Of a DNA stretch of 64,000 nucleotides, positions 51,606 through 64,000 are shown piece by piece; within the stretch, counting starts at the first letter, position 1; each line of letters starts with the position of its first letter. The position numbers were made by a program, and so were the translations under genes. Origin of the DNA: Eledone cirrhosa (taxonomy: Eukaryota); the NCBI GenBank assembly GCA_964016885.1, contig OZ024740.1, forward strand, positions 209,560,001-209,624,000, read 5' to 3'. The notes below the pieces were generated by a model. That model searched no databases. It was not told the DNA's origin and saw nothing but the letters and a program-made list of their open reading frames with translations.

Positions 51606-51997
51606 TCTTTTACTCTTTTACCTGTTTCAGCCATTCGGCTGAGGCCATGCTGGGGCACCGCCCTTGTTGCTACACATTTTATCTCCAGCCTGTATAGGTT
51701 GGCCACTGGTGTAAGAGGGAGTTTATTGCTGCTGCCCTTAGGTTTCCCTCGTGTCTTGCTGTGGGCTCATCCGGGATCCTGGATAACAAGGTGTCGAGAT
51801 GTTTCTTGAAGACCTCCACGTCATGCAAATCTCTCAGATCCCTCGGCAGCTTGTTGAAGAGTTGAGGGCCCTTGAATCCCAGGCTATTGCAATACCTGCT
51901 CCTTATTCTAGATGTGGAAGACGGGACCTTTGGCACCACACAGTGACGTCCTGTTCGACGGTTGGTCCAGCTCCCAATGCCAAAGTTTGGTGCTAGT

Positions 51998-52000
<3 letters not shown>
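51606..52000 (-). mobile_element. CR1/Jockey-group LINE 3' end with UTR and (AAAAGAGT)-type tail
   Basis: Encodes GRHCVVP...NSLGFKGPQLFNKLPRDLRDL..VEVFKKHLDTLLSRIPDEP...RAAAINSLLHQ. The UTR reads GGCGGTGCCCCAGCATGGCC...GAAACAGGTAAAAGAGTAAAAGA. Confidence 0.85.
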
Positions 52001-52033
<33 letters not shown>

Positions 52034-52591
52034 AAGGGGGGCGAAATAGAGACTTGGGAATGGAAACGATAACAAACCCATGCTTAAGAGTCTTGTCTCT
52101 CTATAGACTTGTACTTTCTCCCACTGATATGCGTAGATGTCTCACTTTGTCAGAACCTGGCTGTTCAAAACATTTAAAAGTATGGCTTTATAATCCTAGT
52201 TTTCACAAAATACATACAATATATATATATATGTGTGTGTGTTTTGAAATTTGCTTGAAGCATTGTGGAATAGTAAAAATGGTCGTTGGCTGGACCAGGA
52301 GCACGAACACTGCCGGACGAATCACCTTTACCATCTAGGTTTCCAATCCCATGTTTTTCGCCGTTATTTTGTATACTTTGCTTTGATATTTCACTCATAT
52401 TTAACAACCATTTAGTTACATATATATATGTGTGTGTGTATATATATATATATAGCAGGCTTTACAACAAAATATATAAAATGCTTTTTGTTCTTTGTGG
52501 AAAAAAAACAAAGCAAAATTAGATTCTAAATATATAGCTGAATCTAAGCAGACATGCCATCACACAAGAGGTACATAACAATACATTACAC

Positions 52592-52632
<41 letters not shown>

Positions 52633-53213
52633 ATAAACCCCAGTTCACAATTCTTTTATTATTTCTTCTGACCTAAAATGAGTAAAATTCTAGCTGTATT
52701 ATATAATTTAAATCTATTCAGAATATATTGTTTGTGTAATTTCAGCACATTTTTTTTTTACCCCTTCACTATTTTATCTATCTATTTATTTATTTATTTA
52801 TGGTATTTTATTCTCATAATTTCATTTGTTTCTGGAACTATATAAAAAAATAGTTAAGGTTACAATGGTAAACTAAGGAAATACTTACATTTTTACAAAC
52901 TAGTTTGAAAAGAAATGCCTTTTTGTTTGTTTAGTTTTGTTTTTCAAACAAATTCATGAGTGTTTGTGACCTCTTACCTTAATTTTCCTCCAATTTAAAA
53001 ATTTTTTTTATTAACATTTACATAAGAGATTTATGATTCACCCCCTCTGCTAGTCACCCTCTCTCGGCTAGCCTCTTCCTCGCACTAAGGTTCAATGAAT
53101 AAATCAAAGAATGAGTTTTACAATAGATTGGAAGCACTCAACTGACATGGTTTTCCGGAGTTATTAATATTAATTCAAAATATTAACAAAATAGATATTC
53201 TTGTGGTCAAGTA

Positions 53214-53280
53214 TATTTTATTATACATATTTCAGAGGTACTGAGTTAACTTCAACAATACATCCTCATCAGATAAAATA
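53214..53280 (-). ncRNA. type I hammerhead ribozyme motif, the best-formed in the window
   Basis: The minus strand reads TATTTTAT-CTGATGA-GGATGTATTG(12 nt)CAGTACCTCT-GAAA-TATGTA-TA-ATAAAATA. Stem I is a perfect 8 bp, stem II pairs 9 of 10, and the triplet is AUA. Confidence 0.72.
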
Positions 53281-53384
53281 AGATGATGCATGACATACCA
53301 TGACATAGTAGGTGGTTAAGATTCAGTCATGGTAGTACCATGAATTAATATATATATATATATATATCCTCCATACAAAGTTAA

Positions 53385-53777
53385 CCTACAGTCAGTAGGC
53401 ACCTCTTATCCAAATATACACCCCAACCCACTACCCCTACCACATCCTCCCACTCCCACCAACACCACTCTTTCTCTGTAAAGTTATGTTGGTACCACAA
53501 CACCCAGTCCACACTAAAGTGGTCGTGTAGATGTCACGACAAAAAGACATCCAGACCGCGCTGTAAAGTCGTCATGTAGGAGACATGGTAAAAAGCTCCC
53601 AGTCCACACTGTAAATGTGGTTGGTGCTAGGAAGGGCAACCAGCCGTAGAAAACCTGCCAGATACAGTCCTATACGAGCGAAACGCGGTCACTCGATCAA
53701 TCTTGCCACAAGTGGGACAATTCCCGTGTAACCCATGTTAGCATGGAAAATAGACATTAAATGATGATGATGATGAT
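53385..53777 (+). mobile_element. RTE 3' UTR fragment
   Basis: Colinear with 7938-8294 and ends in (GAT)n. Confidence 0.85.
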
Positions 53778-53794
53778 ATATATATATTCTATTA

Positions 53795-53980
53795 TGTGGA
53801 TTAGCAGTATCGGTAGAGGGTCGGACGTCATGCTTTCCAGCATAGTTACGTCCCTTTACGATCTGAGTTCAAATCCCGCCGAGGTTGACTTTGCCTTTCA
53901 TCCTTACGGGGTCGATAAAATAAAGTACCAGTAATGCACTGGATAATTGCTGGCCTTGTGCCTAAAGTAGAAACAATTAT
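53795..53980 (+). mobile_element. SINE family A, near-full-length reference copy
   Basis: A-box-like TAGCAGTATCGG, B-box GAGTTCAAATC, core CTTTGCCTTTCATCCTTACGGGGTCGATAAAATAAAGTACCAG (resembles the MetaSINE/Sauria central domain), tail GTAGAAACAATTAT. More than 20 copies or fragments occur in the window. Confidence 0.92.
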
Positions 53981-54003
53981 TTGATTACTATATTATTTAG
54001 TAT

Positions 54004-54397
54004 AGATCTGGTTTCTTAAATACACAGCCTGCAGGTCACATGTGACCCACACACTACTTTTCTATGGCCCATGGCAGAATTATTTTCATGACAATTTCCC
54101 TAAAGCTTGGTTTAATAATATTTATTGTATTTATAAAATACAATAAAAAGGTAAAGACAGAATTAAGGAAAATTTGAAATGGAAAATATGTCTCCCTAAA
54201 TTTTGTACTAATTCACATATCCCACTTACTACCATATCATATGAATATTCATTTTGATAAAAAGAAAATAACAGCCTATCAGCTTTATTGCAGATAACTG
54301 GTGGAAATTATGCCTCCCCAGTCTCACTTTTGGCCCCTACTGTATCTCCCCCAGGACATAATGGCCCTTTCCAGTCCTTGAGTTTGAGACCCCCTGC
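54004..54397. mobile_element. hAT/Charlie-like MITE, decayed
   Basis: The right end AGTTTGAGACCCCCTG is the reverse complement of a CAGGGGTCTCAAACT-type inverted repeat. The left subterminal CAGCCTGCAGGTCACATGTGACCC looks like CpG-decayed CGGCCCGCGGGCCACATG. Confidence 0.55.
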
Positions 54398-54909
54398 TAT
54401 AGATGTAGCAGATATATTTAGGTGATAGTATATGTATTATTGTTTTGAAGTCACTACATTCTGCCAGTTTCTTAACATCAGTAGATGATAACATTTGAGT
54501 GATACCATATGTTTTTAGAGGTTGTACCACTAAAATAATCAAATACAGCAGGGATTTTTCTTTTCTTTTTTTTTTCTCCCAAAATTTATGCTAGAAAAAT
54601 GGTGAAAAATATTACATAGTTTTCTGATAGTATCATTCTAAAAACAATGAATGCTCTTTCATAATATATGATTAAAGTGTGTAGCATGTCTTCATTTGGA
54701 ATAATGTTTATATGCATGTGTGTAACATCATCATCATCATCATCATCATCATCATTGTTTAATCTCTATCTTCCATGCTAGCATGGGTTAGACGGGTTTG
54801 TCCCATTAAAGGCAAGTTGGGTCGGGTGACCGTGTCTCGCTTGTATAGGTGTATGTAGGTGCATGTATATATGTGCGTATATATATATATGTGTGTGTGT
54901 ATATATATA

Positions 54910-54973
<64 letters not shown>

Positions 54974-55581
54974 TGTATATATCTACATATATATATATAT
55001 ATATTCATCATCATCGTTTTTTTACATCAACTTCTCCTTGTTGACCTGGGTTGCACAGGACTTTTTGAGGCAGTGATTTACAGTCAAATGCTCTCTGACC
55101 TCCACCGATTTAGTTACTTCTTATGGCATGTAGGGATTCAGTGTGCCTATCTAAACCAGATACGCACACACATATATATATATATACACATATACACGTG
55201 CAAATACATACATACATTATATATACACACACACATAGACATACATTTATATTTATACATATATATACACACACACACAAACACGCACATTCTATAATGC
55301 TAATTTGATGTGTGGGCTTACACAATGTCGTAAAATTCACATACTTGCACAATTTAATCCACTTCGCATTCCACTACAACACAATGCCATACAGAGATCA
55401 TCATCATCATCATCATCATCATCGTTTAACGTCTATCTTCCACGCTAGCATGGGTTTAGACGGGGATAGCTCTATAAAATATAAAGTATTTCATAATACT
55501 ATCACTTGTGCAATATTACTTTTATACTATTTAAACTACCCCTTGATATATTAATTAGCAATAGTACTAACACAGTGTGAT

Positions 55582-56890
55582 TCAGAATAAAGGTGTATAT
55601 GAACCCATATACAGCATGTCTTCATATAATAAACATACATTTAGTCTTACTGTGATCATGTCACAGCAACCTCAGCATTGTGCTTGGAGCAGTGAGTGTA
55701 TTTCACTGTTATTACAGTTTGTCAGCATTTGCCTACTTACATCAAGATACTGAGTTATGGAAGGCAATAACTTCTTATAGATTTTGTAAACAAACTGTTT
55801 TTGGTGAAGGCTTATTTACATATAGTGTAAGTTTGACTGGCTTATAATAAGTAGTGATAGCACTAACAAGATTCCAGATAAAGAGGTTTAAGAACCCATC
55901 AACCATAATAATATACCATGTGTTTGTGTGTGTGTATATATGTATATATATGAACTAGCTGTTGAAACAGCAAGAGCTCAGCTGTTGGGGTTTTCACTCA
56001 TTCTTATAACCATACTCTACTACCCCTAGTATCAAATACTCTGGTGAATAATGATCTAACCAGTCTCTTACTGAATCCATCTTGGTTTATTTATATATAC
56101 ATATATATACATCTATGACTTTAAAATTCACATGCACTAACATACACAAAATGCATTTCCTGTTTCAATCATGCTTTTACAATAAAAGTTCATTTTACAG
56201 TCACAAGGTCCTGGGTTCTAACCCTACATTTGTTCCTGTAAATAGTTATTTCTCCAAATTTACTCATACATTTAATATGTATGTTATTTATATATATATA
56301 CTAAATAGTTATGTTATTTATACATATATACTAAACATTTATATATATCCTAGAAATAAATTATGAAAATATCATTCTTATCTTTAATCAGTTCCATGTG
56401 TTAGTAATTAACATAAACTATAGGGTTTCTTATGAAAACCATTAATTTATCAAAACACAGAATTCCCAGTTTGTATGATTGTTCATATATCCAGTAAACC
56501 TGGTTTATATGACATACCAATCCTGGCTCCAACAATTAAATATGTTCAATGGTTATTGCTGTCATTATTGACGACTTTAGTCCACTAGAAACAATAAATT
56601 TACATATAACAAATATACATTTAGTTTAACTGTGAGTATTTTAAGCTGTCATCATGCCATGGTTACCATCACCAAGAATAGTTTGTTTACAGAATCTATA
56701 AGAAAGAAGATATTGTCTTTTATACCTCAGTAAATAGGTGTAAGTAAGCAAGTGCTGACAAACTGTAACAATAATGAAACAATGCATCTGCCACTTTTTC
56801 CCCAATGCTGAGATTGCTGTGAGACTAAATGTATGTTTATTATATGTAAACACATTGTATATGGCTTCAAATAAACCTTTATTTTTCTGA
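55582..56890. repeat. diverged inverted repeat pair, arms of about 230 bp
   Basis: 55582-55810 pairs with 56670-56890. Shared blocks include CATATAATAAACATACATTTAGTCT, TTACAGTTTGTCAGCA and TTCTTATAGATT.TGTAAACAAACT. Confidence 0.8.
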
Positions 56891-57083
56891 TATAATGATA
56901 TCCTATATTGCCATAATGATAAGTAATATAGTTTATCAAACCTCTAGTTATAGCTGAAAATAAAGTTTTCCACTCTGCCTGCAGGATTTAATTTCATAAT
57001 ATAAGGGGTTATAATTACAACCCTATAAAATAACCTATAATATAAGGAGAGATGTTAGAGGAATGGGGAAAGGGAATATAGTG

Positions 57084-57128
<45 letters not shown>

Positions 57129-58142
57129 GAGCAGTGGTTTGGCAGTATTGGTAGAGCGTCAGACACCATGCTCTGCAGCATGGAGTTATGGCCCTTTACA
57201 TTCTTAGTTCAAATCCCTTCGAGGTTAACTTTGCCTTTCATCCTTACAGGGTCACTAAAATAAAGTACCAGTAATGCACTGGAGTAATTGCTGGCCTTGT
57301 GCCAAAAGTAGAAACATTATTATCAAGGGCAGTGGATTGGCAGTAATAGTAGAACATCGGAAAATATGCTTTGCAGCACAGTTACGGCCCATACGTTCTG
57401 AGTTCAAACCACACCAAGGTTAGCTTTGTCTTTCATCCTTACGAGAGTCAATAAAATGAAGTAGCAGTAACACACACTGGGATAGATTTAATCAACTTCT
57501 CCCCTTTCCTTGTAATTGTTGGCCTTGTGTCTAAATCAGAAACCATTATCATTGAAACAATGAAGAAATTATTCCATATTTGTAAAGGCATAGCTGTATA
57601 GTTAAGTTCTTTTTACAACCACTTGATGTTTTTTTTTTATATAACCATAATTCTATTATAATATATAACTTTAATTTGTCTTCTACTTAATAAAGGGTGG
57701 GGCAGTAGATTGGCAGAGTTGTTAGAGCTTTGGACAAATGTTTAGCAGTATTTGTTTTGGCTCTTTATGTTCTGAGTTCTTTGTCTTTCATATTTACGGG
57801 GTCGATAAAATAAAGCAGCTGTAAAAGACTGGGGTGGAAGTATAATTGACTTTCCTTTTGCCACAAATTGCTGGCCTTGTGCTTAAATTAAAAATCATTA
57901 ATATGAGAGGGTGCAGGGGTAAATATTTCACTAATATTTTGGGGTGACTTGATGTTTGTCAGTTATAGAACCATGTCCTAAACAACAACAACAACAATAA
58001 TTCTTACAATTTGATCAGAGCAGAAGTTTTACATCACTAGTTCTTATAGCTCATAAATTCTCATCAAACATGTTTTTACATATACCAACTTTACTGTAAT
58101 ATATCAAAGTGAATTGTTGCTAAAAGGACACTGTCATTTTAA

Positions 58143-58584
58143 CACTTTCATTACCATATTTCTTATGAAAAAACATTATTTATGATTTTTAAATAATCAA
58201 CACTCTTGAGGGATTTAGTAATATAACTAACTTTATCATTATTAACCCTTTATTTACATTACTCTATATTTACTATTGTATTTTCACGGTAAAGGCTTTA
58301 CTTCACATAATTATCTCACCTATAAGATTTTGATATTATTAGTTTGAGAACAATACCTTAATGTTAGTATGAGTGGACTGTTATGGTCAGTTTGAACAGA
58401 AAGAAATGAGAGAATTCTGACCAGATATGGTCGGTTTAAATGCTAAAGAGTTAAGCTAGTATTTGGAACATAATTCAACAAAGACTCCTATATAGAATTA
58501 TTACAGAAGGTTTTTTAGTTAGCTATAAACACTTTGTTCTGTAGAACCAACAACATTTTCAGATGGTTTGGTATCAAAAGGATT
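58143..58584. mobile_element. MITE B with nested MITE A (58246-58450)
   Basis: MITE A is flanked by TTAA at 58242-58245 and 58451-58454, inside MITE B sequence. Confidence 0.7.
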
Positions 58585-58854
58585 TAACTTGGACACTTCT
58601 ATATAGTTTCTATTGTTTTGTAAGTATTAGTTTCCCAAATATTTGTTGTCTTCAAGTAACAGTTTTAAGTATGTTTTTATATTCAAGATTATTTTATGCC
58701 CTAGTCCCAACAACTGATGTTACAATCTTGTTACTGTTTCATAATATTGATTACATTAGTTATAGAAATAGTATACTCTATCCTAGTCCTACACACATAA
58801 ATAATTGCCCTTATGTCAGCAACGCAGTAATTTTGATATCACTGTTCTTTCTCT

Positions 58855-59190
58855 TAGGCAGCAAATTAGCAGAGTCATTAAAACGGTGGATAGGATACTT
58901 TATGGTATTCATTCTAGCTCTTTGCTCTCTGAGTTCAAATCCCGCCAAGGTCAACTTTGCCTTTCGTTCTTTCGGGGTCGATAAAAAAAGTATCAGTCTA
59001 GTACTGGAATCGATTCTTCTTCTATATCTATTTCTCATTTCCTCTCTCTCACTTTCTATCTTTCTCTGGAAGAAATCTGCTGTACTCAGACCTAGAGAGT
59101 GATGGGCCTGCTAGGCTTATAAAGGCCCAAGAAACGCTGTATGTCAATACAACGCCCTTACAACTATATCAGGAGTTACAAGACCATACA
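58855..59190 (+). mobile_element. SINE family C
   Basis: SINE A-like head with B-box GAGTTCAAATC, plus the same tail as 45283-45592. Confidence 0.75.
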
Positions 59191-59952
59191 TATTTACATA
59201 CATTCCTTCTCTTACCTCTTCATGTTTTTTATACCAAACTGTCTGAAACCGTTCTGATACAAAACTGTTTTTATTTATCTAAAAGCCTTCCAACATAATT
59301 TTATGTTCGAACACTTGTAAAGTTATGCTCTATCAACTTAATGTGAGAAAGATTGTTATTTTAGTAATTATTTGAATGCCACAGGCTGTATAACTTTGAT
59401 AGGTAATAGATAGCTTAGCAGTAACTCTAGATGAAGAGCTGTTGTATATTGACTTGAAATGTCTGCATTGATTTTTACTTTTGTCCTCTATCTTCTAAGG
59501 ATATGAAGTTGTAATTCATATAGCTACATACAAACTGTGCTGTTAAGCAGTGTCATCTTAATGGGCAAATTATTTCGACCACAGAAATGTATTTAATCAA
59601 TATTTATCATCATCATATTACATTCGCTTTTCCCCACACTAGCACAAGTTGGACACTACAAAGCTCATTGTGTACATATTATACATATATACATATATGT
59701 ATGTTGTTTCCGCGCCTTTACTTTGCATTTGTCACTGTTAGTGGTGACACTTTTACATGTCCTACATAAACAAATATTGTGTGTCCTAGCCATTTGACAA
59801 GATCAGTATCTAACTTAAAAAATGGTCATCTAGACATAGAATACTGCCTCAAAACAGTTTCACACAACTCATGTAAGTATGTGAGTAGCCTCCCCTCTCA
59901 TCCCCTCCCCCAATAAAAACAGCCATAAAAATTATGATGACATATATGTGTA

Positions 59953-60240
59953 TACTACACTAAAATGTTTACAAAAATTATAAAAAGCATCTAGTCCACC
60001 ATGTCCTGTAGCAGTGCTGGTGCTGCGATAAAACACATCCCATGTAGTACCTGAGATAAAACATCTTGTACATACCATGGAGTGGTTGGGATAGACCACA
60101 TCTTGTACATACCATGGAGTGGTTGGGATTGACCACATCTTGTACATACCATGGAGTGGTTGGGATAGACCTCATCTTGTACATACCATGGAGTGGTTGA
60201 GATAGACCTTATCTTGTACATACCATGGAGTGGTTGGGAT
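59953..60240. repeat. duplicated flank of about 109 bp plus about 5 units of a 37-bp minisatellite
   Basis: 59953-60061 matches 60602-60710. The unit is CATCTTGTACATACCATGGAGTGGTTGGGATAGACCA. Confidence 0.95.
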
Positions 60241-60601
60241 ATGTATGGCTGAACATAAAATATAATTTTTGTGTATTGCCATCTCTATCACTTGAAGTAA
60301 TTTAAAGCAACACAGATAAAATCTGTTATCTAACTGTCCTAATCAGTAATGGATCAGTAGCTATCATTAACAATGTGACTAGAATTCACTTGGCAATTTC
60401 TCAACATCTAGTTGTAAATCATCAAACATACATGTTGTGTGAACTGTGCTACTGATAAAGAAATCTTAGCATGTCATACAAATATTTCATGGTCCCAGCA
60501 AATAAAATAGTGAATGTGTTACCCTGGAAGATGGGGAGAGAGATGCACCGGGAGAGCTGGTCCACCTCATGGAGCTTGTTCTAGTGGATGATTATCCAGT
60601 T

Positions 60602-61737
60602 TACTACACTAAAATGTTTACAAAAATTATAAAAAGCATCTAGTCCACCATGTCCTGTAGCAGTGCTGGTGCTGCGATAAAACACATCCCATGTAGTACC
60701 TGAGATAAAACATCTTGTACATACCATGGAGTGGTTGGGATAGACCACATCTTGTACATGCCATAGAGTGGTTGGGATAGACCACATCTTGTACATGCCA
60801 TGGAGTGGTTGGGATAGACCACATCTTGTACATGCCATGGAGTGGTTAGGATAGACCACATCTTGTACATACCATGGAGTGGTTGGGATAGACCACATCT
60901 TGTACATACCATGGAGTGGTTAGGATAGACCACATCTTGTACATACCATGGAGTGGTTGGCATAGACCTTATCTTGTACATACCATGGAGTGGTTGGCAT
61001 AGACCTTATCTTGTACATACCATGGAGTGGTTGGGATAGACCACATCTTGTACATGCCATGGAGTGGTTGGGATAGACCACATCTTGTACATGCCATGGA
61101 GTGGTTAGGATAGACCACATCTTGTACATACCATGGAGTGGTTGGGATAGACCACATCTTGTACATACCATGGAGTGGTTGGGATTGACCACATCTTGTA
61201 CATACCATGGAGTGGTTGGGATTGACCACATCTTGTACATACCATGGAGTGGTTGGCATAGACCTCATCTTGTACATACCATGGAGTGGTTGGGATTGAC
61301 CACATCTTGTACATACCATGGAGTGGTTGGGATTGACCACATCTTGTACATACCATGGAGTGGTTGGGATTGACCACATCTTGTACATACCATGGAGTGG
61401 TTGGGATTGACCACATCTTGTACATACCATGGAGTGGTTGGCATAGACCACATCTTGTACATGCCATGGAGTGGTTGGGATAGACCACATCTTGTACATG
61501 CCATGGAGTGGTTGGGATAGACCTCATCTTGTACATACCATGGAGTGGTTGGGATAGACCACATCTTGTACATGCCATGGAGTGGTTGGGATAGACCACA
61601 TCTTGTACATACCATGGAGTGGTTGGGATAGACCACATCTTGTACATGCCATGGAGTGGTTGGGATAGACCACATCTTGTACATGCCATGGAGTGGTTGG
61701 GATAGACCACATCTTGTACATGCCATGGAGTGGTTGG
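60602..61737. repeat. 37-bp minisatellite (about 28 units) with upstream flank, running into an RTE-type tail
   Basis: Array at 60711-61737, followed by TTAGGAATGGCATCCAGCTGTAGAAA...CATGGAAAA...(GAT)n. Confidence 0.97.
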
Positions 61738-61914
61738 CTTTAGGAATGGCATCCAGCTGTAGAAAGCATACTAGAATGAACTTTATGAGTAAAGACACTA
61801 TCACCTGACCTATCTAGAATGTAACAACCTGACTAAGCTATGCAAACATGGAAAATAGCCATGAAATGGTGATGATGATGACCTATGCTTTTCAGCTACC
61901 CCCTCATTGATATT

Positions 61915-62164
61915 GCTGTATATACTCGAATATAAGCCGAAACATCGATGGTCGGCTCATATTTGGGATCAATATTTTGACAATTTTTCACCAACTTTAA
62001 ATACTATGTAAATAAGGTCTGGATTTTTGCCCATTTATCAGACATAAAATAGTTGGGTTGTATTATATTTGAGTATGTCGATAAAATAAAGTACCAGTAA
62101 TGCACTGGGTAATTTCTGGCCTTGTGCTAATAGTAGAAACAATTATATTTGAGTATATATGGTA
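61915..62164. mobile_element. pogo/Tigger-like MITE with a nested SINE A 3' fragment
   Basis: CTGTATATACTCGAATATAAGCCG...TATATTTGAGTATATATGGTA. The 15-bp duplication ATTATATTTGAGTAT occurs at 62062-62076 and 62142-62156. Confidence 0.7.
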
Positions 62165-63232
62165 TTTTTAGCATTTCTTCTGTTTATGCACTCTCTCTCC
62201 TGTCCTCTCTCCCTTTCCTTTCTCATTCCTACTCTCCCCCCCCTCTCTCAACTACTTCCTACTATGTCAATCAACCTGCCTTTATCTTGGTCACCATCTA
62301 CCACTGCCCTTGACACTCCTTCAGTCAGCTGTAATTATCTTTTCTATTCTCATCACTTATTCATATCACCATAGTCTTCTTTGGTAAGCAACACCTGTTA
62401 CCTTTAGTTTTAAAGGTCACCATTTTGCTTTATTTATTTTATTTATTTATTTATTTATTTTTACATTATTTGTAAATTACCTAAAAATGGAACAAGAATA
62501 TAAACAAGAATGATATTTCATTTCCTGCATGTTATTGTTTAACCACAAATCAGTCCTGATCAAGAAAACCTTGACTATCCCGTCTTTTTACATTTACTAT
62601 TGTATTTTCACGATAAAGGCTCTACCTCACATAATTATCTCACATAATATCAAATCTATGGGATTATGATATTATTTATTTTGAGTACAATACCATCACA
62701 TCAGTATGATAGTCCGGTTACAGATGATTTGAACAGAAAGAGGTGAGAGAATTCTGGCCAGATAATGGCCGGTTTAAATGCTAAAGGGTTAATGTAATTC
62801 TCTGAGAGATTCAGCATGGCACACTGTGTGACAAAGCCGGCCTTTTGAATTACAGGTACTGTCTATCTCATGGGCTTCCAAACAGTTTCTGTCTACCTAA
62901 TTTCATTCATATGGCATAGGTTGACTCAGGGCTATGGTAAATGACACTTGCCCGTGACACCACTCAGTGAGACTGAATGATTATGAAGTTAACTTCTTTG
63001 CCACACAGCTACGTTGCATTGACAGAATCAACTGTAGTTTGGCATAAAGTCTGGGATGATCAAACATTCAAGTATAAATCTAATTAAGATCAATTATCAC
63101 TAAAAGCATTGGTTATCCAAATTCAACAGCCAACATTAGCCATTTTGACAGCTGAGTAATTATCTCGGAAACACGCACACATGCACACACTATCTTTCTT
63201 TCCTTTTTCTGCTCTTCTTTCTCTTTGATTAA

Positions 63233-63677
63233 CACTTTCATTACCTTATTTCTAATGAAAGACACTGTCTATGACTTTCAAATAATTTTGAAAATAATCA
63301 AGAATTTGAAAGGATTTGGTAAAATAAGTAACTTTCTTATTAATTATCTGGTGTTTCACAAAGGTTCTTACATAAAATTATAATTGTTTCTACTTTTGGC
63401 ACAAGGCCAGCAATTATCCAGTGCATTACTGGTACTTTATTTTATCGACCCAGTAAGGATGAAAGGCAAAGTTAATCTCAATGAGAGTTGAACTCAGACC
63501 ATAAAGGGCCGTAACTCTATGCTGAAAGGCATGGCATCTGACCCTCTACTGATTCTAATCCACTGCCATTACATAAAATTATAATGGAAGGTTTTTAGGT
63601 AGATATAAACATTTGAAAAGAAATAGCTTTGCATCATATAACCAGGGGCAGTTTCAGGTGTTTTGGTAATGAAAGGG
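63233..63677. mobile_element. MITE B with a nested full-length SINE A on the minus strand
   Basis: TTAA|CACTTTCATTACC...GGTAATGAAAGGG|TTAA. The SINE is flanked by the 17-bp duplication TTACATAAAATTATAAT (63368-63384 and 63569-63585). Confidence 0.8.
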
Positions 63678-64000
63678 TTAAGGATTCCATCTCATCCAAA
63701 TGGAATGGGTTAGACATTGAAGAAGAACATTATCTTATTTGAGGGCGGTGGATTGACAGAATCGGCAGTGTCAGACAAACTGCTTTGCAGTATTTGTCCT
63801 GACTCCTATGTTCTGAGTTCAAATCCTGCTGAGGTCAGCTTTACCTTTCATTCTTACGGTGTCAATAAAATAAAGTACCAGTAATGCACTGGAGTTGATT
63901 TAATTGTCTTTCCCTTCTACCAAAATGGTTGGCCTTATGCCTAAATCAGAAGAGCATTATTTTATTTGCTGCTGTCTCTGTAACAAGAAATTAACTTCTA

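Noticed and set aside
58563-59102. 179-aa ORF
   Set aside because: It runs from a MITE end through AT-rich DNA into SINE family C, so it is a chance open frame.
60062-61737. CRISPR-like array, or a repeat protein (MYKMWSIPTTPWYVQDVV... ORFs up to 215 aa)
   Set aside because: The units are head-to-tail with no unique spacers, there are no cas genes, and the context is eukaryotic. The ORFs arise because the 37-bp unit lacks minus-strand stops and cycles through all three frames.

Overview
This is AT-rich, repeat-dense animal DNA. The SINE, LINE and microsatellite repertoire suggests an octopod cephalopod, but that is inference. I could not identify any intact host protein-coding gene, rRNA, true tRNA or CRISPR array. 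Most listed ORFs come from (TA)n/(TG)n microsatellites, minisatellites or SINEs. The real protein-like ORFs are retrotransposon remnants (RTE with a PHD-type finger, a second RTE family, CR1/Jockey-like 3' ends, a probable CRE-clade endonuclease fragment) plus a mariner C-terminus. The window also holds many tRNA-derived SINEs with swappable tails, TTAA-flanked piggyBac-like MITEs, mariner, pogo and hAT MITEs, a Helitron 3' end, and minisatellites grown out of TE parts. The most interesting signal is a set of (TA)n-associated fold-back palindromes with 9-10 nt loops (14.1, 20.6 and 28.6 kb). Two of them carry minimal type I hammerhead ribozyme motifs on both strands, and a well-formed solo hammerhead lies at 53.2 kb. 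This fits Penelope-like or retrozyme-type elements. A CpG-retaining central zone (about 21-34 kb) with candidate non-coding exons may hold promoters. Most element boundaries are approximate.
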